Positions 27,506 through 36,200 of a DNA stretch of 64,000 nt are shown here, piece after piece. Each line of letters starts with the position of its first letter. Positions within the stretch are counted from its first letter, which is position 1. The position numbers and the translations under genes were made by a program. Source of the DNA: an uncultured Myxococcales bacterium (GTDB lineage: Bacteria > Myxococcota_A > UBA9042 > CAIXZC01); contig CAZVFX010000002.1 of NCBI GenBank assembly GCA_964626565.1, positions 4,822 to 68,821 on the forward strand. The letters run 5' to 3'. The notes under the pieces were generated by a model that had not been told where the DNA came from, ran no database searches, and saw nothing but the letters and a program-made list of their open reading frames with translations.

Positions 27506-29887
27506 TTGGGTTTTAGACAAACCACACTCCCGCTGCTGTTGGCCGCAGCGCTTGTCACAATCGCATGTGCACCTGAATCCAACTGCCGTCTTCCCTGCGA
27601 CAAGGCCCTCGACTGCCTCCTCGAGGCCGCGCGTCAGGATGGCCATGACATCGCGGCCGTCGAGAGCGAGCGTGACCGGCTGGTGAGCGGATGTAACGCG
27701 GCGTGCAGTCACCGCTGGTCCCGCCCCAACGAATATGGCGAGTGCCTCGGCGCAGCCACCTGCAGCGAAATCGAAGGCGGGGCCTGCGGTGTTGAAGCGC
27801 CCGACGGTGGTCCTCCCACCGCCCACCTGGACTACCTGCTGCCCGGCGATGAACCGATCAGGCTGACCCCCGATCCGGAGTGCCTGGCCATGGTGACCGG
27901 CAGTGACGAGCCGTGCCGGGACCTGGAAGGGGATTCCCGGGATGATTGTTTCCTGGCGGTAACCGTGAAGAGGTCCGTGCAGACGGGCGATGCTGCACTG
28001 TGCTCCCGGCTGTCCGCACCCGGGGACGCATTCTGCCGCGCGGTAGCGACGGGCAAGGGCTGCGGTGGTCTGCCCCCGCCCTTTGGTACGGCCTGCAGTC
28101 ACTTTCTCGAGGGGGAAGCGGAAGACGACATTTCCCGGCTGCTACTTGCACCGGTCCGTGACGACGAGGAGATGTGCCGCACCATCGGTGATACCACCGA
28201 CCAGCGCACTTGTCTCGCCCTGGTCCGCAACGACACCCGTTTCTGTCGGCAGACTCTCATAGTGGATCCCGCGGCGCTGGTCGCGTTCGGAAGGGGGCTG
28301 CGGGTGGAAGATCCCACCGGGCAGGGACCGGTGGTAGCGCCGGCAATTCTTGCCCGCGTGGCTCCAATACTCGGCTATCTGGCACCCCTCTTCTGGGTCC
28401 TGGCGCTGGTGTGGGCGGCCTTTGTGCTGTGGAACGCACGCGGTGAAAACCGACGGGTAATCATCACGCTGTCAGCAACCCTGGCCGTTTCCCTGGCCAT
28501 TCGCCTGCTACTGGTGCGCACCGGCCCGGTAAACTTCGTCGAGTACGAGCGGGTCTTTCTGCCGGCACCTGACGACATCGCCAGGTTCGCATACGCGGGC
28601 CAGGCCTACCTGCTAGGCCCCCTGTTTGCGCTTTTCGGGTCATCCTTCGACCTGGTCTTCGGCCTCAATGCACTTTTTCTACCCTTCCTTTGCCTGGGGG
28701 TGTGGTCTTTGTCGATGAAGGTGACCAAAGACAGTCGCGCTTCCCTGGCCGCAGTGCTGCTGGTGGGACTCAATCCGCTGATCTTGCGGCTGTCGGCTAG
28801 TGCCTCCGAGACTTTCGGATTCGCAGTACTGGCAGTTATCTTCATCGACCTTCTGGCGGATGCGCTACACGATTGGCGACGGGGTTGGGCGCTGGCGCTG
28901 CTGACGCCCTTCGTCCTCATCTATCGCCCCGAGGGCCTGTTGCTCGCGGCTCCGGCCCTGGTGATTTTTGCAATGGCCCGGCTGAAGGACTCGCCACGTC
29001 GACCCGGTCTCACCGAGACCGCTCCGCTGTTGCTGGTCGCACTGGAGTTCGCGCTGTTCGCCTACCTCTTCTCCGGGCTGTCGTTTCCGCGCATAAGCTG
29101 GGCGTTGCTCGCCGGAAACACAGGCGCATTCCTGCTGGAAATGGTGGATCCGCGCTACCATTCGCCGTTGATGACCGTCACTCTTTTCGCTCCGCTGGTC
29201 CTGGCTTTCACAAATTCCAGGCGCCTGTCCCGCGCCGTCGGATTGGCGGTCGCCGCACCCGTCCTATGCCTGTTGCTGGTCGCGGTCTGGTGCATCCAGG
29301 GACCGGAGGACAATCTTGCCCTGGGTTCGGCCCGCTACCTGGTCATGGCTGAACCGTGGCTGGCGGTTTGCAGTGCAATTCTCTTTGCCGGTTTGAGCAG
29401 CCGGGGCCGGCATTGGGCCGGCGTCGTCGTCGGACTCTTCGTGCTCCTCACCGTACCATCCTTCGGGCTGATCACCGAAGAGAGCAACATGCAAAAGGAG
29501 TTCTACTTCATGGTCGACGCCGCCGGGGAACTACCTGAACATGCGCTGGTAGTGCTGCCTTCCGCGGAAGAGAACAACCAGGAATTTGCTCCTGAAAACG
29601 GGATGCTGGCAGTGCTTTCCATGGGTGGCAAAGACGTCTCCTGGAAGCGCCTTGACGAGGTGCTCGAGGGCTCACTTCCCCAACTCTTCTATCTGTTCTC
29701 CGGGTTCTATGAAGCCGGCCGCGGACTTGCCGTATTGAAAGGACGGTGCGATCTGACCCCGGTGCTCGAACGCACCGTTGAAAGTGTCCCCGACGTCGCC
29801 TGGTACGCCTCATTCCCCGCAGGGGAAGAGGTGGGGCTGGCGCTATATCGCGTGGCTTGCGGTACCGGCGCCTCACAGCTACAATAG
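27506..29887 (+). CDS. GT-C superfamily glycosyltransferase (PMT_2/ArnT/GT39-like polytopic domain) with an N-terminal Cys-rich extracytoplasmic domain.
   Basis: Signal peptide, then ~270 aa with 20 Cys, then more than 11 predicted TM helices. Typical of polyprenol-phosphate-sugar-dependent GT-C enzymes. Translationally coupled to the downstream GT2 (stop 29887, start 29892). Confidence 0.5.
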   Translation: MGFRQTTLPLLLAAALVTIACAPESNCRLPCDKALDCLLEAARQDGHDIAAVESERDRLVSGCNAACSHRWSRPNEYGECLGAATCSEIEGGACGVEAPDGGPPTAHLDYLLPGDEPIRLTPDPECLAMVTGSDEPCRDLEGDSRDDCFLAVTVKRSVQTGDAALCSRLSAPGDAFCRAVATGKGCGGLPPPFGTACSHFLEGEAEDDISRLLLAPVRDDEEMCRTIGDTTDQRTCLALVRNDTRFCRQTLIVDPAALVAFGRGLRVEDPTGQGPVVAPAILARVAPILGYLAPLFWVLALVWAAFVLWNARGENRRVIITLSATLAVSLAIRLLLVRTGPVNFVEYERVFLPAPDDIARFAYAGQAYLLGPLFALFGSSFDLVFGLNALFLPFLCLGVWSLSMKVTKDSRASLAAVLLVGLNPLILRLSASASETFGFAVLAVIFIDLLADALHDWRRGWALALLTPFVLIYRPEGLLLAAPALVIFAMARLKDSPRRPGLTETAPLLLVALEFALFAYLFSGLSFPRISWALLAGNTGAFLLEMVDPRYHSPLMTVTLFAPLVLAFTNSRRLSRAVGLAVAAPVLCLLLVAVWCIQGPEDNLALGSARYLVMAEPWLAVCSAILFAGLSSRGRHWAGVVVGLFVLLTVPSFGLITEESNMQKEFYFMVDAAGELPEHALVVLPSAEENNQEFAPENGMLAVLSMGGKDVSWKRLDEVLEGSLPQLFYLFSGFYEAGRGLAVLKGRCDLTPVLERTVESVPDVAWYASFPAGEEVGLALYRVACGTGASQLQ

Positions 29888-29891
29888 CGCC

Positions 29892-30638
29892 ATGTTTAGA
29901 GTCGGCATCATAATGCCTGCCTATTGCGCCGCCTATACGGTGGTCGACACGATTCTGCGCATCCCCGTGGACGCGCTCAGACGGGTCGGCTGCCTTCCGG
30001 AACTCTACGTCGTTGACGACGGCAGCAGCGACGGCACCGGCGCGGCAATACGGGCTGCGGCCCCGTTTCCCGACCTGGCCGCCACCTTGCTCACCCATCC
30101 TCGAAACCTGGGCTACGGCGCTGCCCAGAAGACCGGCCTGGCGGCCTCTGTTCGGGGCGGAAACCAGGCCCACGTAATCCTCCATTCCGACGGTCAGTAT
30201 GCCCCCGAAGAGCTTCCGGACATGCTGGAGCCGATTCGGTCCGCCCAGGCCGACGTGGTCATCGGGTCGAAGTTCAAAAAGGGTCGCGTCCTCGGCCAGG
30301 GAATGCCGTTGGTTCGCATGCTGGGTATCCGCGCGGCCGACCGTCTTGAAAACCGGCTGCTGGGTGTTGGCGGACTGGAGTTTCATTCGGGCTACATGGC
30401 GTACTCGGCCAAAGCGTTGGCGACGGTTCCGTTCGAGACCCTCACCGACCGCTTCCACTTTGACGGCGAGATGGTGCTGTCCGCGGCCAAGACGGGGCTG
30501 ACCACCGAACTGGCACCCATCTCCACGAACTATGCTCGGGGCACATCGAGCCTCCACCCGCTGCCCTACCTCAAGGAGCTGGTTTCAACCGTGCTAAAAT
30601 ACCAGGGCGGACGCTACTGGTTTCAAAAGGAAGGATGA
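29892..30638 (+). CDS. GT2-family polyprenol-phosphate sugar synthase (Dpm1/Ppm1/ArnC/GtrB-like).
   Basis: ATG at 29892, five nt after the upstream stop. GIIMPAYCAAYTV...VVDDGSSDGT...VVIGSKF...RMLG. About 250 aa catalytic domain without a C-terminal TM. Confidence 0.7.
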   Translation: MFRVGIIMPAYCAAYTVVDTILRIPVDALRRVGCLPELYVVDDGSSDGTGAAIRAAAPFPDLAATLLTHPRNLGYGAAQKTGLAASVRGGNQAHVILHSDGQYAPEELPDMLEPIRSAQADVVIGSKFKKGRVLGQGMPLVRMLGIRAADRLENRLLGVGGLEFHSGYMAYSAKALATVPFETLTDRFHFDGEMVLSAAKTGLTTELAPISTNYARGTSSLHPLPYLKELVSTVLKYQGGRYWFQKEG

Positions 30639-32221
30639 TGGGGGAAGTGGAGCCACGCCGGGGATTGCACCCCGAGAAGTCCCGGAAAAAGGTGTCGGGA
30701 CTTTTTGCCGGCCTGCTGTTGCTGGCGCTGGCGGTGGGGTACGTCACCGACTACGTGCGAGTGCATCGGGCAGACGCGGGAGATGTGCAGACGTTGCAGA
30801 TCCTCACCGAGGACTATCACTGGGTTTTTGTGGTCCGGCCGGACAGGGTCGACAACGAGATATGGGAGTTCTTCAAGGCGGGCGCGATCATGTACCCGAT
30901 CATGCCCGTCGTTTATGCCCCTCACATGGCGGCTCAACTGCTCCTGCCCGGGACAGGAGACGCCCAGTTTGTTTTTACCCTCTCTTTGTACCTGACACTA
31001 CTTCTACTGACGGGGCTGTTCTTTGTGGGGTTGAAGAAGGGGCTCTCGGCAACTGCCTCCTTCCTGATAACCGCGGCGGTGCTGCTCAATCCGTTTCTCC
31101 TCTACCTGCTTGCGTCCGCCCCGGTAATTCCTTCCGCCGCGCTGCTGCCTCTGGCCTACCTCGCCTATATTTCCCGGCGCAGCTGGGCGGCTTTTACCCT
31201 GTTCTTCGTGATCGCGCTATCCTATCGCTTCGGCTCCTTCTTCCTGTTTCTCCTGGTACTGAGCGAAGGGCCCCCTTCCAAAGATGAGGATACAGGCCTC
31301 TTCAGGTATTCACTCATCGCTCTGGGCGCACTTATGTGCATTCAGACTGCGTCGCAATTCCTGCTCGTGCAGTTCAACGACTATGTGAAAGAGCTCGAGG
31401 GGCTGCGGGTGGGGTACACTTTCGGCATGTTGAAACGGTTTATCACCGCGCCGCTGTCGCCGGATGTCCTCTTTCGTGAGTTTCAGGTGGTTGCCTGGTT
31501 GGCCGCGGGCGGCTTCGCCCTGTTCCTGCGCCCCACGACTCGGTGGCGCCTGGTAGGAGCGGCGGGAGTGCTGGGCTATCTCGCCCTGGTCACCGGCCTG
31601 TTTTCCATGAGCGTGGTGCTGGCCACCGGTGTCGCGGGCGTCGCCCTGGTCACGGGAGCAAGTCATCTTCGCCGGTGGCGAACGGGCGTCGCAGCCGCCG
31701 GCGTCGCCGGCGCCATCGCGGTCGCCTTCCTCGCTCCGGTCTTTCCCGCTCCTGCGACCCTCTCCGACAAACCCCCTCTCTTGGAGGAAGGTGTGAAAGT
31801 CACAACCCTCGCCGGTTTTTTCAGCCAGGCTTTGGCTTTGCCCGACGACCCGCATCTCGACCGGGCTGCAACGGTGCTGGAGGGATTGAGTCAATCCGGG
31901 CGCTGTTTCGTCGACCCGTTGCTGGTGGCAACGGTTCCTGCATCGGCTTGCGCCGAGGTGGTTCCGCTGGGCAAGACTGCCCCGGACGACGGGGTTGTCG
32001 TCGAGCGCGTCATTTATGATGAATCCCCGGGGGCCGAGGCTTTCCGCAGCGCGCTGGTCAGAGACCTGAGGGTGAGCGAGCAGTCGCTTGCACGCTTCGA
32101 TGCCACAGTCAATGAGGTCAGGAATTCCGGGGAGTTCGGGGTGTCAGTGACCAGGGATGGGTTGCTGATTCTTGACCGATTGCCTCAGGGGCAGCACTCC
32201 GGCGGCGGCGGCTCGCCGTAG
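30635..32221 (+). CDS. Polytopic integral membrane protein (more than 10 TM), possibly a second GT-C-type enzyme or flippase-like partner of the upstream GT pair.
   Basis: The start ATG overlaps the GT2 stop (ATGATG). Continuous hydrophobic helices followed by a C-terminal soluble ~120-aa domain. No family recognised. Confidence 0.45.
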   Translation: MMGEVEPRRGLHPEKSRKKVSGLFAGLLLLALAVGYVTDYVRVHRADAGDVQTLQILTEDYHWVFVVRPDRVDNEIWEFFKAGAIMYPIMPVVYAPHMAAQLLLPGTGDAQFVFTLSLYLTLLLLTGLFFVGLKKGLSATASFLITAAVLLNPFLLYLLASAPVIPSAALLPLAYLAYISRRSWAAFTLFFVIALSYRFGSFFLFLLVLSEGPPSKDEDTGLFRYSLIALGALMCIQTASQFLLVQFNDYVKELEGLRVGYTFGMLKRFITAPLSPDVLFREFQVVAWLAAGGFALFLRPTTRWRLVGAAGVLGYLALVTGLFSMSVVLATGVAGVALVTGASHLRRWRTGVAAAGVAGAIAVAFLAPVFPAPATLSDKPPLLEEGVKVTTLAGFFSQALALPDDPHLDRAATVLEGLSQSGRCFVDPLLVATVPASACAEVVPLGKTAPDDGVVVERVIYDESPGAEAFRSALVRDLRVSEQSLARFDATVNEVRNSGEFGVSVTRDGLLILDRLPQGQHSGGGGSP

Positions 32222-33915
32222 TCGCATTCGCAACACGCGTCTGCACACGGATCCGGCGCACAACATTCCTCCCATACTCCTTCCGGAAGAATGCCGTACT
32301 CGCATTCGCAGCACACCGCTTCACAGTCGATGGCGTCCTTTTCGTGGCCATCGGCCACCACGTCCACCGGGATACCGTATTCCGGCTGCACCGCAATGTC
32401 CGGCTCAACGGTGTCCTGGGGCTTTATGTCCACGGGCACGCCGTAGTCCGGCTGCACCGAGTTGTCCGGCTCCACCACGTCCACCGGAATGCCGTATTCG
32501 GGCTGCACCGCAATGTCCGGTTCCTTGTTGTCCTGGACCTTGATGTCCACCGGAATGCCGTAGTCCGGTTGCACCGTCATGTCCGGCTCAACGCCGTATT
32601 CCGGGCAGCAGAAGTCCGGCTCTTTCACGTCGGGCTCCGGAGCCTGGTCTACGCTGACAACATCGACTCCGTATTCGGGAGTGGCTGACGCATCCTTCTT
32701 TTCGTCATCGCTGCCAAGCTGGCAGCTTGCAACGCCCAAAGACAACATCAACGCGGCCGCGGCCGAAGCCGCGGTCTTCGCCAACTCACCACGCTGGTCA
32801 CCACCCTCCAGGTGGACCAACCGGTGGTAGCAGTACGGGTCTTCCTTGAGCGCGTTGGTGAACGCCGAGGCGACGCACTTCGCGCCGCCGCGGCAGATGC
32901 CGCGATGCCTGCACTTGCCGCAGTACCCTTCCAACGTGTCGGTGGAAAAGTCACGGTTGTACGCGAAAGCGCCGGGGCGGTGCCACAGTTCGGGTAACGG
33001 AACCTCCCGCAGGTTGCCTTCTACGAAGGGGTCGTTTTCACCTTGCCACGCCTGCATGGACAGGCACCCTTTTACGCCGCCGTCCGCCTCGATGCCGATG
33101 GCCTGCATGCCGGCCTGGCACCCCTGCCAGCTCTCCTTCCTTCCCCGCCAGCCCCTTCCCCTGAGGATCCGGTCGTGGGGGCCGTAATAGCCGATGGAAT
33201 CGCCGACGTTCAGTTGGATCTCGCCCTGCTTCTTCAGCCGCGCCAGCAGCGGAATAAGTTCCAGGAACTGTTCCGGGCGAATTACCCAGTCTTCGTGGTC
33301 CGAAAGATTGCCCATGGGCTTGGCGAGCTGCAGCCGCCACATGGAAGCGCCGGCATCGATCGCCACCTGCCGTACCTCTTCCAGGCGGGAGAAATTGAGT
33401 TGGTTGACCGTAGTCATGATCCCGACCCGCATTCCTGCGCGGTTGAAATCAGCTACCGACTCCAGCGAGCGGGCGAATGCATCGGCGCCGCGGATGGTGT
33501 TGTGGATCTCCTCCGGTCCGTCGATGCTTATCCCGACGTTGCTCATGCCCGCGTCCGCGGCTCGGCGTGCGACTTCGCGGCCCTTGTCCCGGCTGGAGTA
33601 CACCCCGTTGGTCACCATGTTGCAGTAGATATCTTTCCTGGTAATAGCTCTGGCGATGGCGTCCCAGTCTTTGCGCAACGTGGGCTCGCCGCCCGAAAGG
33701 GTAATGAGCTCGCACCCCAACTCGGCCAGGTGGTCCACTACGCCGAAGCACTCGGCGGTGGTCAACTCGTTTTCACGCACCGTCCCTGCCCGGGACCCGC
33801 AATGCCCGCAATTCAGGTTGCAGGCCAGCGTCAACTCCCATACGCAGTTGCGCGGCTTCCAGTTTTTTTCACCTACCCGCTTGCGGGCGTCTTCAAACGA
33901 CATGGTATTGTTCAT
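32185..33915 (-). CDS. Radical SAM/SPASM-domain enzyme fused in-frame to a TM/lipobox-like segment, six 19-aa tandem repeats (VQPEYGIPVDVVEPDxx) and a C-terminal 46-aa tail with 12 Cys.
   Basis: CNLNCGHC (CX3CX2C) at aa 32-39. SPASM cysteines CGKCRHRGICRGGAKC. Hydrophobic segment KTAASAAAALMLSLGVASC. Repeats encoded by ~57-bp DNA repeats at 32340-32650. Tail CEAVCCECEYGILPEGVWEECCAPDPCADACCECDYGEPPPPECCP. Confidence 0.7.
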   Translation of the reverse strand: MNNTMSFEDARKRVGEKNWKPRNCVWELTLACNLNCGHCGSRAGTVRENELTTAECFGVVDHLAELGCELITLSGGEPTLRKDWDAIARAITRKDIYCNMVTNGVYSSRDKGREVARRAADAGMSNVGISIDGPEEIHNTIRGADAFARSLESVADFNRAGMRVGIMTTVNQLNFSRLEEVRQVAIDAGASMWRLQLAKPMGNLSDHEDWVIRPEQFLELIPLLARLKKQGEIQLNVGDSIGYYGPHDRILRGRGWRGRKESWQGCQAGMQAIGIEADGGVKGCLSMQAWQGENDPFVEGNLREVPLPELWHRPGAFAYNRDFSTDTLEGYCGKCRHRGICRGGAKCVASAFTNALKEDPYCYHRLVHLEGGDQRGELAKTAASAAAALMLSLGVASCQLGSDDEKKDASATPEYGVDVVSVDQAPEPDVKEPDFCCPEYGVEPDMTVQPDYGIPVDIKVQDNKEPDIAVQPEYGIPVDVVEPDNSVQPDYGVPVDIKPQDTVEPDIAVQPEYGIPVDVVADGHEKDAIDCEAVCCECEYGILPEGVWEECCAPDPCADACCECDYGEPPPPECCP

Positions 33916-34029
33916 TGGAACCTCCGTTTCATCCTCGTCCCTTTGACTAACCCCTGCCGGTCATCATCTGGGAACCAACAAGATGATACTTGAAAACAGG
34001 CGGCTTGACAAAGGCCGCAGTGCTCATGT

Positions 34030-34232
34030 ATCCATGATTCGTGATTCTTCGGGTGCCCCTCGGAGGGGCGAATAGGGAAACAGGTGAAGAACCTGTGCGG
34101 ACCCGCCACTGTAATCGGGTGCCCTGTTCCATGAGGCCACTCGGGTCGATGAAAGACCCGGGGAAGGCGGAACAAGGCCGGCGTCGTTGTTGACGACTCC
34201 ACCCCGTAAGCCAGGAAACCTGCCCGAGTAAA
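34030..34232 (+). ncRNA. Cobalamin (adenosylcobalamin) riboswitch.
   Basis: Conserved core elements GGTGCC...AATAGGGAAACAGGTGAAGAACCTG..GCGGACCCGCCACTGTAA (B12 box GCCACTG) and the 3' element AAGCCAGGAAACCTGCC. A downstream T-tract (GCGGCGTTTTTT) may form the expression platform. Located 5' of a TonB-dependent receptor gene. Confidence 0.8.
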
Positions 34233-34262
34233 AATTGCGGCGTTTTTTCGCACCTCGCGGAT

Positions 34263-36200
34263 ATGGGTGGCAACGCTATGCCGACACGGGCACTCACAAT
34301 TCTTACCCCTCTCATTCTCGGCGCCACCATCTTTTGCATCGGCCCCCGAAGTGCGTCTGCCGACGACATAGTATTGCCCCCCGTCACCGTCAAAACCGAG
34401 CGTCCCCCGCTGCTGGAATCCTACTCAACAGTAACAGTGATCGAGGTGGCCGGTGAGGACACCGGCGGCAAGACCGTGGCCGACTTTCTCGAGACCGCGC
34501 CCGGTGTACAGATCATCCGCTCCGGCTCTCTGGGCCAGCGGGAGACCGTCACTATTCGAGGCAGCGACAGCAAGCAGGTGCTCGTCCTCGTCGAAGGTTT
34601 TTACACCAATGACCCCCGGGCCGGCGGTACGGATCTCTCTCAGATCCCACTGGACTCGGTGGAATCCATCGAAATATATCGTGGTGCGAGAGGTGCACTC
34701 GCAGGTGCGAGCGCCATGGGCGGTGTGGTGGTGGTGCGCTTGAAGAAGGGTAGGAAGAAGGTGAGCGGGACCAGACGCCTGACGCTGGGCGGCTATGGTG
34801 GAGAAGGCTACGAATCGGTTTCCGGCGCCTGGTCGGTGCAAGGGGGCGGGGCTTATTTCTCGTACGCTCACGCCCAGGCGCAGGGGGAGTACCCCTTTGT
34901 CGACCGCAACGGCAACGACCGCGTCCGGGAGAACAACGCGTCGGTCTCAGACCTCCTTACCGTCCGGTACGGCACCCGGGTGGCGCCGGCCACCCGTCTG
35001 GACCTGGTGAGCACCATGGCGCTCACCTGGCGGGAGTCGCCGGGGCTGGACCAACAGCCCGCGGATACGGCTGCAGAAGAGCAAAGCAACTCGTTTCTGG
35101 TCGGGCTAAAATTGCTCGCGCTGAAATTCCCGGTGGAAGGGGCTTCCCTGGGAGGAAAACTGGCGTGGAACATGTGGCGCTGGACTTTTAACGAACCCCT
35201 TCCATACATGCCCCCGCCGTCGGATACCCTCAGTCTCAACCACCGCTTCGACGGCTCCCTTGAAACCCGGGTGAAGCTGCCCTGGGACCTGGCGGTGACC
35301 GCCTCTGTCTCGGGGGCCCGGGAGATGGCCGATATCACCCGCCGGTACGGCAAGAACGTTGACAAGGCCCGCACCCTCGGTGACCAGGCTGTGGCGCTGC
35401 TGGTGGGAGACCAGTCGGACCGGGCGCGCCTGACGCTAAGACTCCGCCACGCCATGTCCAGCGTGGACGCGTACGAAAACGCCTGGGCCCCGGCCCTCGA
35501 GGGAGAGGTCGACCTTTTCGGCGGCCTGACTTTCGGTGCGTCGGCCGGTCGTTCCTACCGGTACCCGACATTTGATGAGATGTATTTCGAAGCGTCCGGA
35601 ATCCGCGGAAATCCCGACTTGAAACCAGAGGACATGTGGGGCGGCGATGTCAGCCTCAAGTATGAGGCCGGGCCGCTATCTGCCCTGGCGTCCGTCTTCT
35701 ATCATGACATAGCGAAGACCATCCTCTTTCTGCCCGTCACCCCTTACCTCATCGAGGCCGGCAACAACGAGCACGGCGTGACGGCAAAGGGCGCTGAAGC
35801 AGAGGTCTCGGCCCGGCTTTGGAAGTTCGAGCTTCTGGGCTCGTTTACCTGGGTCGATGCGGTGGAAGACGAGCTGGACCGGCAGTTGCCCCTCAGGTCC
35901 CCCTATTCGGGCAACGTGCAACTCCGCTTCGCGCACGGCCGCGTCGCGGCCAGGCTGACCGGCAACTACCGTTCGGCATTCTACTTCGACCGGTTCAACA
36001 ACCTGGAGGAAGAGGGCAGGGTGCTCTGGGGCGCCGGTGGTTCGGTCAACCTGGGCCAGGGATTCAGGCTTATGCTCGAGGCGAGGAACATCACTAACAA
36101 GTTGGACGCAGTAGACAATTTGCAGCATCCGTTACCGGGACTTTCCTGGCTGGCGACTATGGAAAAGAGATGGACAGGAGGAAGTGATGAAGAAAAGTAA
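34263..36200 (+). CDS. btuB: TonB-dependent outer-membrane receptor, probable cobalamin transporter BtuB.
   Basis: Signal peptide. Plug domain (TVIEVAGED...ETVTIRGSDSKQVLVLVEGFYTND..IPLDSVESIEIYRGARGALAG). C-terminal beta-barrel. Sits directly downstream of the B12 riboswitch. Confidence 0.75.
   Translation: MGGNAMPTRALTILTPLILGATIFCIGPRSASADDIVLPPVTVKTERPPLLESYSTVTVIEVAGEDTGGKTVADFLETAPGVQIIRSGSLGQRETVTIRGSDSKQVLVLVEGFYTNDPRAGGTDLSQIPLDSVESIEIYRGARGALAGASAMGGVVVVRLKKGRKKVSGTRRLTLGGYGGEGYESVSGAWSVQGGGAYFSYAHAQAQGEYPFVDRNGNDRVRENNASVSDLLTVRYGTRVAPATRLDLVSTMALTWRESPGLDQQPADTAAEEQSNSFLVGLKLLALKFPVEGASLGGKLAWNMWRWTFNEPLPYMPPPSDTLSLNHRFDGSLETRVKLPWDLAVTASVSGAREMADITRRYGKNVDKARTLGDQAVALLVGDQSDRARLTLRLRHAMSSVDAYENAWAPALEGEVDLFGGLTFGASAGRSYRYPTFDEMYFEASGIRGNPDLKPEDMWGGDVSLKYEAGPLSALASVFYHDIAKTILFLPVTPYLIEAGNNEHGVTAKGAEAEVSARLWKFELLGSFTWVDAVEDELDRQLPLRSPYSGNVQLRFAHGRVAARLTGNYRSAFYFDRFNNLEEEGRVLWGAGGSVNLGQGFRLMLEARNITNKLDAVDNLQHPLPGLSWLATMEKRWTGGSDEEK

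Noticed and set aside
30635-32221. Assigning the third membrane protein of the glycosylation operon to a specific GT family
   Set aside because: No diagnostic motif is recognisable by eye. It is left as a polytopic membrane protein.
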